NCBI GenBank assembly: GCA_964428885.1
Contig: CAYRZP010000003.1
Span: 1 to 42,673, forward strand
DNA length: 42,673 nt
Direction of reading: 5' to 3'
Source of the DNA: an uncultured Lentisphaeraceae bacterium
GTDB lineage: Bacteria > Verrucomicrobiota > Kiritimatiellia > RFP12 > UBA1067
Shown here: positions 8,463-16,167 of the stretch, one piece after another
How the letters are laid out: every line of letters begins with the position of its first letter
How positions within the stretch are numbered: the first letter of the stretch is position 1
The notes under the pieces: generated by a model
Told to the model about the DNA's origin: nothing
Databases searched by the model: none
What the model saw: the letters and a program-made list of their open reading frames with translations, nothing else
Position numbers and translations under genes: made by a program

Positions 8463-9686
8463 TCATCTTGATTGAACAGCTCCCGCCGGACACACGCTGC
8501 GCACAACCCCGTAGCCCCGCCGCGGCATGACCTCGACGTTGCCGAAAAGCTCTTCCTGCATCTCAGCCAGCGGCCGCGCGGATTTGGCGACCATCATGCA
8601 AACACCGTGCGGCAGCAGGGCCGAACGCGCGGTCTCCGCAAAGACACGCGCGATGCGGAAGTCCGAAAAATATGGCGCGTTGCCAAGCGCCAGGTGATAG
8701 CCGTTGCCGCCGACCCCGTTGTCGGACAGCACCAGCTCAGTTTTTTTTAATCCCAGCGCGGCGATGTTGCGCCCGGCCGCCGCCAGCGCGCGCGCGCTCG
8801 AATCCAGAAATGTGACCCGCGTGTCCGGCTGGCTCACGGCCAGCAGGCACCCGACAATCCCGCACCCGCAGCCGATGTCCAAGACCCGCAGCCCCGGACG
8901 CAACTCACGGGCGGCAACCTCGGCCAGCGCCAGACCGCCCGCGTCAGGCCGCCGGTGACAGAAAACCCCCGGCAATGAAACCATTCTGACCGGCGGGACG
9001 CCCGGCAGCGAAACCTCAAACTCCGCGCTGAAGTCGCGCTCGCGATTGACAGGCTTGCGCTTGCGCGCGATAACGCAGAAAAAACCTTTTTGATCATTCA
9101 AGACCGTCATGCCGCCGAACAGCGCCTTGATCTGCTTGAACATGAAGCCGCTGTCGCCTTCACACGCCATCAGACAAACCCCGCCTTCGGCCAGATTGCG
9201 GTGTATCCCGCAAAGTTGATCAAGTATCAGCTCGGCGGTCACGGATCTGGCAGACGCCATGAAAAGCGCGGCGCCGTAACCGCCAGACGGAATCTCGGAC
9301 GTGCAGTGCAAAGAGAAACGGGTGGAAGCATCGTCCGTCAACCCGCAGAAATCAGCGCGGGCCTTTACGCCGGGTTCGGCAAAAAAACTGAAGTCAAACC
9401 CGTTGGCCGCAAGGTTGCGGCCAACGGCCCGCGCATGATGAATGTCCATAATGTGGCAGGCCGTCGCGGCCGATGGAAAGCGACTGGCGAGCGCCATGGC
9501 CACAGCCCCGGTCCTGTTCCCCGCCACTAGTGCCGCGGAAAGCCCGGACGGCAGCCTGGGCATGTTTTCGATCAGCAAAACCTCGGTCGGATGCAGGCCG
9601 GAACGCGACACGACCCGGCAGCCGCCGTCCAGAAAAGCCTCGGACTTGGTTATGCCGCCGGGATCTGTTATCAATAAATCCTTCAT
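8463..9686 (-). CDS. Two-lobed class I SAM-dependent methyltransferase, RsmC/RlmG-like (rRNA guanine-N2 type)
   Basis: The C-terminal lobe has motif I VLDIGCGCGIVG and a motif IV variant GNAPYF (NPPF/Y-like). The N-terminal ~190 aa look like a degenerate second MTase lobe, as in RsmC/RlmG. Confidence 0.6.
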   Translation of the reverse strand: MKDLLITDPGGITKSEAFLDGGCRVVSRSGLHPTEVLLIENMPRLPSGLSAALVAGNRTGAVAMALASRFPSAATACHIMDIHHARAVGRNLAANGFDFSFFAEPGVKARADFCGLTDDASTRFSLHCTSEIPSGGYGAALFMASARSVTAELILDQLCGIHRNLAEGGVCLMACEGDSGFMFKQIKALFGGMTVLNDQKGFFCVIARKRKPVNRERDFSAEFEVSLPGVPPVRMVSLPGVFCHRRPDAGGLALAEVAARELRPGLRVLDIGCGCGIVGCLLAVSQPDTRVTFLDSSARALAAAGRNIAALGLKKTELVLSDNGVGGNGYHLALGNAPYFSDFRIARVFAETARSALLPHGVCMMVAKSARPLAEMQEELFGNVEVMPRRGYGVVRSVCPAGAVQSR

Positions 9687-9704
9687 GCGTTTCAGTTCGG
9701 CAGC

Positions 9705-11447
9705 TTAAAGAAACGCGCCGAAATCAAGCACTTCGACATTGCAGGCTCCGAGACGCCGCGCCGTATCACGCAAATCCTTGTCGTTGCTGACCAAGAACAC
9801 ACGCATGTCAGGCGCGGATGTTTTGAAAAACCGCAGGTTCTCGATGATGACGCCATCCGCGCGGTGTTCGCCCTTGCCGCCGGAATATGTCACGCGGACA
9901 TTCGGCGCGGCCTGGGTGTCGCTGCGGGCCGGCCCGTCAAAAACGATCCAGGCCCGCACCGCCGGATTCGGCGCGGCGATGCGGACTATGTCGGCGATCA
10001 GACGCTCGCGCTTGGCCGCGTCGTTGAGCGCCTTGCCGCGCTCCGGGGAGTATCGCGCCGACAGTCCGAAAAGCATGTTGTGGCCGTCAATCAACAGCAC
10101 GGCAGGAATGCTTCCGGCCAACGCCCGGCCCAGCAGCGAGGCCGCGTCATTCCGCACTTCCGCGTCTGCATCAGGCGGCACGCCCAAAGCCTCGGCCGCC
10201 GCAAGACGTTTTTTGAAGGCCAGCTTGATACGGTCCGCAGCGGGCCCGTCAATCAACGCCAGCGACCGCAGCAGTTCAGGCAGATCTCGCAACTGCGGCA
10301 GCTCATTGTCTTCGGCAGCGCTGATGCGCGTAACAATGGCCCGCTCAAAGGGTGCCGCGTCAGCGTCCGGCTCGACCAGCGCCTTGATCCGTTCCAGCTC
10401 CCTGCCGAGATCGGCTTCGAGCGCCTTGAGCTCCGGCAAGGGCCGCAAGGCGTTGCGCAACGCCGCCAAAACCCGTCCGCGGACGCTTTCCAATGCGCCG
10501 GCGCGCTCAATCAGCTTGGCTATGTTGCCGCTGTGCCGGTCAGCCTCGGCCTGCTTTTTCAAAACGGCCTCGGCCCGCGCCAGCAGGTCGGACCGCGAGC
10601 CTTCCTCCGACGCCTCCGCCTCGACCGTCCGCGCCCGCGCCAGCCAGCCGTGAAACTCACGCGCCAAGGCCACGTCAACCGCGGCCTTCAGGCGCTCGTC
10701 ACGCGACGACCGCTCACGCTGCAGCTCGGCAGCCAACTCAGTAGTTTCACGGTTTTTCTGGATCAGTTCTTTTTCCAGACTAGCGATTTTTTTCTCACAA
10801 ACCTTGAGTTTCTCCCCGCTCTCTTTCAAATCCTTAACGGCACGCGCCAGACGGTCGTCCACGCCTTTGAGACGACGGCTCTCCGCCGACAAGTCCCTGA
10901 TCCGACCATCCAGCTTCTCTTTCTGGTGCAGCCACGATTCGCGCGTGACCGGCGCCCACCCCGCTTCCGGCGCGCCGCCCGCCATCTCTATGAAATCCGC
11001 AAAGCCAGACTTGAAGCGCTCATGCGCTTCATCAGGCGTCATGGCCGTGAAAGGCTCCGGACTCTTCAGCCACGCTTCAGCCTTGTCCCTGACCTCAGGA
11101 CGCTGGTCGAGCAACAGGGCGATCATCAGTACTTCACCGCCAAGCAGCGCAGCCAGCGCATGACGGTTTTCATCAATGGCTTCGCTCGACATAAGGCCGG
11201 TCAGCGTGTGCGCCCGTGAACGGCGGGCGAGCAGGATTCTCAAAGCCTCTGGCACCGCCGCCGCGCCGCAGGCGATCTGCTGGATGCGCGCACGCAGAGC
11301 CGCGGCATTCCCCGAGCGGAACCCGCCGGACTTGAAAATCTTGTCCGTGGAGGCAAAGAACGCCAGATCATCATCCGAGATCAGCCTGATCAGACGCCGC
11401 AGCTCTTTTTCGCAAGCGGGCGGCAGTTCAGTCTCGCAAAGCGCCAT
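9705..11447 (-). CDS. YacP/Rae1-like NYN (PIN-like) ribonuclease domain protein with long coiled-coil N-terminal extension
   Basis: The last ~132 aa (nt ~9708-10103) match YacP motif by motif: LLIDGHNM, WIVFDG, VTYSGGKGEHRADGVIIE, LVSNDKDL. This conserves all four acidic positions. Residues ~170-330 are heptad-rich (LKESGEKLKVCEKKIASLEKELIQKNRETTELAAELQRER). Confidence 0.65.
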   Translation of the reverse strand: MALCETELPPACEKELRRLIRLISDDDLAFFASTDKIFKSGGFRSGNAAALRARIQQIACGAAAVPEALRILLARRSRAHTLTGLMSSEAIDENRHALAALLGGEVLMIALLLDQRPEVRDKAEAWLKSPEPFTAMTPDEAHERFKSGFADFIEMAGGAPEAGWAPVTRESWLHQKEKLDGRIRDLSAESRRLKGVDDRLARAVKDLKESGEKLKVCEKKIASLEKELIQKNRETTELAAELQRERSSRDERLKAAVDVALAREFHGWLARARTVEAEASEEGSRSDLLARAEAVLKKQAEADRHSGNIAKLIERAGALESVRGRVLAALRNALRPLPELKALEADLGRELERIKALVEPDADAAPFERAIVTRISAAEDNELPQLRDLPELLRSLALIDGPAADRIKLAFKKRLAAAEALGVPPDADAEVRNDAASLLGRALAGSIPAVLLIDGHNMLFGLSARYSPERGKALNDAAKRERLIADIVRIAAPNPAVRAWIVFDGPARSDTQAAPNVRVTYSGGKGEHRADGVIIENLRFFKTSAPDMRVFLVSNDKDLRDTARRLGACNVEVLDFGAFL

Positions 11448-11454
11448 AAACAGC

Positions 11455-14400
11455 CTACCGTTCCTTTAAACAATGATAACCGCCCGAAGCCTCGGCGACG
11501 CGGAGGGCGCGGTCGAACAATCGCAGCATCATGACGCCTCTGCCGACTTGGGCCTTGCGGCGCGAAGACGCGACCGGGCCGAATTCCGCCGGCATGAGGC
11601 TCCATCTCCGCCCGCCGTTTGTTTCCCCCGCGCCGGCACAGCCGTCAACAACCGCGCTGACCAGCCCGGCGGCATAGTCGCAAATGAACACGACATGACG
11701 GGGCTCGGACAACCTGACCGCATCTTTCCCGGTCTGCCACATGGCCGCAAGGTCGCCGTCAAACAGGCTAAGCCGCAGCGTCACGCCCCCGGACCTTTTC
11801 AGCGCATCCACCTTGACCCCGCGCCTGCCGTCGAAACTGCTGAACAGAACCGTGCCGTCATCAAGCTGATCCAACGCTAACCGCATCTCTATGCTGAACC
11901 CTCCGCCGGCCGCCGCGCCGAAACCTGACGGTAGATCAACCGCCGCAGGCGCGGAGCCTTGAAACATCCACTCCGACAACATGCCCGCCCGGCATGGCGC
12001 GGCACCGGACGAATCACCAAAAAGGCCGGACAAAAGTTCCGCCCGCACCTCCGCAAGCGAAACTCTGCCGCCGCAAACAGCGGTAACCCAGAAACGTCCT
12101 TCCTGCTCCAGCATGTCTGCCACGGAACACGCCTGTGCCGGACCTCCGCCATGCAGCAGCAGTTCGGGCTCCGACCATAAGATCGCGCCGTCACCTTTTT
12201 CCACACCCCCGCACACGAACACTTCGGTAACCGCCGCGTCCAGCTCCCCGGAAAACTCGTCACGATCGCTGACGCACAGCAAGTGCCGCCCGGCGCTGGT
12301 GCGGAAAAGCCGCGGGGCCATGCCGGCCGACTTGACGCCGCGACGCCCCGGCCCGCAAACCATCGGCTCCGGCTTTGACCAGCTTTTGCCGGAATCACGG
12401 CTGACGCTCTGCGCCACTTCGCCACCCTCACTGAAAACGCACAGCAGCTCCCCGCCGGAAAGTGCCGTCAAAAGATGCGCGGCCCGACGCTTGCCGGAGC
12501 CACCGCGCCCGACTATACCGGCTCCGCCCTCTGACAGCAGGCTGAACCTGACCAGCCCCGCATTGCGTTCAGACAAGATGTTGTCTGACAAGGCCGCCCA
12601 CCCTCCGCCCTCGCTCCCGGAACTGCCTGGCATCCCGGTGACAGCGAAGAAAACCGCCTGCTCGCACAACGCCGGCTTACCGTCGAAACGCGGAGCCACT
12701 AGCCCGACCTGCCCGGCATTAAAACGGCCTTCAGCACCGAAACGAAATAGCACCAGATGACGGTCCCTGGACCAGCTCTGCCCGTTATCGTCAGAATACC
12801 TGTAGGCCACCCCACCGCCCGGAGCAACTTTTTTCAGCGCCGCCTTATCAGCCTGCGGCTTAACGCCGCCGCCGACACCGTAGAAAGCGTATACGCGCCC
12901 GAACGGCGTCACCAGTCCGTTGACCCATGCCTGGTCCGGCATGTCGCCGGACTCGATGACAGCCGGCAACGACCATGTCCGCCCTTTGTCCCTGCTTACC
13001 GCTGACACCAGCCGCCGCCCGGCGCTGTCTCCGCACGCCGTCTCAGTGACCGCGAGACCGATCCAGTGACCTTCACGGTTGATCATGAAAAAAGGCTGCC
13101 GACAGGTTCCGAAGACGTCGGCCTTCAAGCCGCGTTCAAGGTTCCGGGCGTCATCGAAAACCATAGGGGGCGTCCGGGGCTGCGCGTCAGGCCGCGCGCA
13201 CAGCAACTGTTCGGCGGCCAAAGGCCCGTCCGTAACCCGCCACGCGTCCAACCAGCCCACAAAGGAATTAGAGAACGAGTCCCGCCCTCCCAGCATGAAA
13301 TCCGCAAAACCGTGAGAGCGGTCCGGCGCCGCGGGATTGACGATTGAACTCTGCCAGACCCCGTCAAGGTAAATCTGCCACGCCCCCTTGCCGACCGCCA
13401 TGTGATCGTAAACCAGGGCCACATGACGCCATGAGCTGTCGGCGGTGACGTCCGCGTTGGGGAAGAACCGCTCGAACTGCAACCGCCCGCCCTTGGCCAC
13501 ATCGCTGACAAACAGATAGAAACGCGTGCGCCCGCCATCTTCATGCAGCGCCAGCATCCAGCCGTTTGATGCGTCCCGCGCCCCGGCCAGAATCCAGAAG
13601 CGGTCGGCAGGGTCGCCGTCTTTCTTGAACCAGCCTTCCACCGTGAAACTGTTGGTCAGGTCACAGCGAAGACCCAGCCCCGGCGCCTTCAGGAGGCTGC
13701 GCCTGCCCAGACTGCCGACAAGCTGAATGCTGCCGATGTTTCTGACGATGTCCGCATGTGTCAGGTTAAGAGCGCCGGCCCACGGCAGGCTCTCTACCGC
13801 CTGAACGGCCGCGCCGGAAACGCCGCCGTCCCGCCCGGCCGCAAGATGGTTCCCGGCACCGCTGATGTCCTTGCACTCCGCCCCTCCCTGCGCGGAACTG
13901 TCAAGCGGCCAGTATGCCAGAACATTGGGAGCATGAGCGGCCAGGAAGTCCGCCGGCTTCAATGCCGCGTCGCTGACGCGCCAGAGGTCGATCTGGCCAT
14001 GGAAGCTCGCATCCGCGCCGGGACGGCCCCCGACGAACAAATCCTCAGGCGCTCCGGCCCGGTTCCGGCTGACGCCGGTCGTGACCGTTCCGCAGCCGAC
14101 GCCGCCGACATACAGTTCCCACGCGGCCTGGTCGCCCGCGACCTTGCGCGTCAGGGCCACATGTTTCCACCCGTAACCATTGCTCAGGCCAGAATCGGCG
14201 AAAGCGCCGTGCGCGTCAACATCGCCAGCTCCGGCGCTGTCCCTCAAAAACAGACGTGCCGCGCCGTTATCCTCCTGCAGCATCAGCGCCCAGCTTGAAG
14301 TCCCGAACACGCAACGCGTCGCTTTCCCCGGGACGCCGCCGGCCTGGCGCAGCCAGCCCTCGATCGTGAACGCTCCGCAAGCGTCAAGCCGGGCGCCGAG

Positions 14401-14697
14401 CCCCGGCGCCTTCAGGTACGCCCCCTGCCCGCCGCCGATGAAAACCGAACCTTCATTCTGGCGCGCGCCGCGCGAGGACGCGTCCGGTGCTTCCCAGCCC
14501 GGCACAAGCGCGAGCGGGCGGCGGAACGAAGGCTGTACGCCGCCAGCGGAGGATATCAAATGGTTTGTGCCGGAAGCGTCGGTCAGGTCAACCCCGCCCC
14601 CGCGCGGATCGAGCCGCCAGAAAGCCAGCGTGCCCGCGCAAAGGCACACATTCCAACAGAACACACAATAAACTAGCAAGATGCCTTTCAAATCCAC
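11455..14697 (-). CDS. Secreted multidomain protein: LamG/concanavalin-A-like lectin domains flanking a BNR (Asp-box) beta-propeller
   Basis: It has a signal-like N-terminus. The LamG-type pattern (F.G.L..WR..D..L) occurs three times. Three Asp-boxes are present: SRDKGRTWS, SDDNGQSWS, SRDSGKSWS. The annotated start is GTG only 1 nt after AGGAG, so the TTG at 14691 is an alternative. Confidence 0.65.
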   Translation of the reverse strand: MDLKGILLVYCVFCWNVCLCAGTLAFWRLDPRGGGVDLTDASGTNHLISSAGGVQPSFRRPLALVPGWEAPDASSRGARQNEGSVFIGGGQGAYLKAPGLGARLDACGAFTIEGWLRQAGGVPGKATRCVFGTSSWALMLQEDNGAARLFLRDSAGAGDVDAHGAFADSGLSNGYGWKHVALTRKVAGDQAAWELYVGGVGCGTVTTGVSRNRAGAPEDLFVGGRPGADASFHGQIDLWRVSDAALKPADFLAAHAPNVLAYWPLDSSAQGGAECKDISGAGNHLAAGRDGGVSGAAVQAVESLPWAGALNLTHADIVRNIGSIQLVGSLGRRSLLKAPGLGLRCDLTNSFTVEGWFKKDGDPADRFWILAGARDASNGWMLALHEDGGRTRFYLFVSDVAKGGRLQFERFFPNADVTADSSWRHVALVYDHMAVGKGAWQIYLDGVWQSSIVNPAAPDRSHGFADFMLGGRDSFSNSFVGWLDAWRVTDGPLAAEQLLCARPDAQPRTPPMVFDDARNLERGLKADVFGTCRQPFFMINREGHWIGLAVTETACGDSAGRRLVSAVSRDKGRTWSLPAVIESGDMPDQAWVNGLVTPFGRVYAFYGVGGGVKPQADKAALKKVAPGGGVAYRYSDDNGQSWSRDRHLVLFRFGAEGRFNAGQVGLVAPRFDGKPALCEQAVFFAVTGMPGSSGSEGGGWAALSDNILSERNAGLVRFSLLSEGGAGIVGRGGSGKRRAAHLLTALSGGELLCVFSEGGEVAQSVSRDSGKSWSKPEPMVCGPGRRGVKSAGMAPRLFRTSAGRHLLCVSDRDEFSGELDAAVTEVFVCGGVEKGDGAILWSEPELLLHGGGPAQACSVADMLEQEGRFWVTAVCGGRVSLAEVRAELLSGLFGDSSGAAPCRAGMLSEWMFQGSAPAAVDLPSGFGAAAGGGFSIEMRLALDQLDDGTVLFSSFDGRRGVKVDALKRSGGVTLRLSLFDGDLAAMWQTGKDAVRLSEPRHVVFICDYAAGLVSAVVDGCAGAGETNGGRRWSLMPAEFGPVASSRRKAQVGRGVMMLRLFDRALRVAEASGGYHCLKER

Positions 14698-14799
14698 ACT
14701 CCTGAACGCACGCAGTCAGTTGCAAAGTCCCTTTAAAATACCATAAAGGCAGGCTCAGGGAAACCATCTTTAGGATGCGTCCAGAGCCAAGTGCGCGAT

Positions 14800-16167
14800 T
14801 CAAGAAAGTGATTTGCCGGAGGGCAGCCTGCGCAACGCGCGCGTCAGCAACACTCCCAGCACAACCATCACCGCCAGAGAGGCCAGCAACATCCCGTGCT
14901 GAACCAAAAAGCGCCGCGCGCGTACAGCCGCCCCGACACGGACGCCGTCATCGGAAGCGACCGCCAGCGTCCACACCGCTGCCTTCTGCCCGCTGCGCAG
15001 GTACTCTAAAACGCCTTGCTCATAAACCGGCGCCGGCGCCGGCGCGGGGTTGCCGTAAACCAGCCTGTAGCTTTCACCCGGCTCCGCGATAAACAGCACC
15101 CCGTAAGCCTGCCTCAGGCATGTCATGCTACCCGGCTCCAGCGCGAGCGGCTGATTGTCATCATTCTCAATCACCACGCGCATCTTCGACGCCCGCGTTT
15201 CAGGAAATGTGATCGTGTCGCTACTGACAGGCTCCATGCCTGGCAGACGCGAACGGGTCAGCCTGCCGACAGCCAGCTTGCGCCACCCTCCCGGCGTCTC
15301 GCACGCCACTTCGGCCCTGCGGTCAAAGTTCTGCTGGAGCGGTTGCAACACGAGCCCTGTCAACGGCCATTGCGCGGTCTCGACCGTCAGCACAGTCCGT
15401 TTTTGTTCGCGCAGTTCTTCAACAGTGAACGAAGGCGCCTGGGCACGTTCGACGCGCCTCTCGTCCTCCACCGCGGAACGGCGGGTATGCCGCAAGGTGA
15501 CGGAGTCGATGCGGAAGGGGCGCTGCTCCACATGGTAGCGCTTGAAAGCGCGGACCTTGGTTTGTTTGCCGTCGCTCTCTTCGGTCAAGGTCGCAAAAGC
15601 CGAGAAAACCGTGTCGTCAGCCTGGCCGATCACAATTTTCAGGAGCCGGTTGGTGAGCGCTGGCAGAGTGACGCTCGTCTTTCTCACATCGGCGTAACGG
15701 CTGTAATCAAAAATCGGTTGCGCCCGCCCCGCCGCACTCCAGGTGTTGCCGGGATCAGGCACAATAACTGTCACGGCCTGCTCGAAATCGCGCAGCGGCG
15801 TACGGATCGTGAGTTGTGTGAGCTCGACCGCATTCGTCCCTTCAAGCGCACACACTACCGCAAGCCCGCCGCAGGGAAGCGTCTCCACGCTTGCCAGCTT
15901 GGCCTGATGCTCGACATGCAGCTCTTCAAAGCGGTAGGCGCGTTCGGCCTCGACCGCTCGCGGCACCTCGCGGCCGGCCGTGTCGAGCACGCGCACATCC
16001 GCCCAACGCGGCTGGGAGTTGGCATACACATGCGCGTCCAGGGAAACGGACACGACCGTGGTGTTACTGGCCGCGCCCGCGATGGCGCGCGAAATCTGCC
16101 ACGCCTCACCCGCGAGGCCGCGTGCAGCCATGCACACGAAACATCCAGACACGATCAATCCGCGCAT
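14800..16167 (-). CDS. DUF3999-like protein (signal peptide, C-terminal TM anchor), function unknown
   Basis: It is ~455 aa with an N-terminal signal (MRGLIVSGCFVCMAARGLAGEA) and a C-terminal TM segment (MLLASLAVMVVLGVLL). Its position directly after a DUF2339-type gene matches a pairing I recall from other genomes. The family name is from memory, not a search. Confidence 0.45.
   Translation of the reverse strand: MRGLIVSGCFVCMAARGLAGEAWQISRAIAGAASNTTVVSVSLDAHVYANSQPRWADVRVLDTAGREVPRAVEAERAYRFEELHVEHQAKLASVETLPCGGLAVVCALEGTNAVELTQLTIRTPLRDFEQAVTVIVPDPGNTWSAAGRAQPIFDYSRYADVRKTSVTLPALTNRLLKIVIGQADDTVFSAFATLTEESDGKQTKVRAFKRYHVEQRPFRIDSVTLRHTRRSAVEDERRVERAQAPSFTVEELREQKRTVLTVETAQWPLTGLVLQPLQQNFDRRAEVACETPGGWRKLAVGRLTRSRLPGMEPVSSDTITFPETRASKMRVVIENDDNQPLALEPGSMTCLRQAYGVLFIAEPGESYRLVYGNPAPAPAPVYEQGVLEYLRSGQKAAVWTLAVASDDGVRVGAAVRARRFLVQHGMLLASLAVMVVLGVLLTRALRRLPSGKSLS

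Noticed and set aside
11455-14697. Calling the BNR protein a sialidase/neuraminidase
   Set aside because: Only Asp-boxes are visible, and these occur in many non-sialidase propellers. I could not find the FRIP motif or an obvious catalytic arginine triad, so I kept the call generic.
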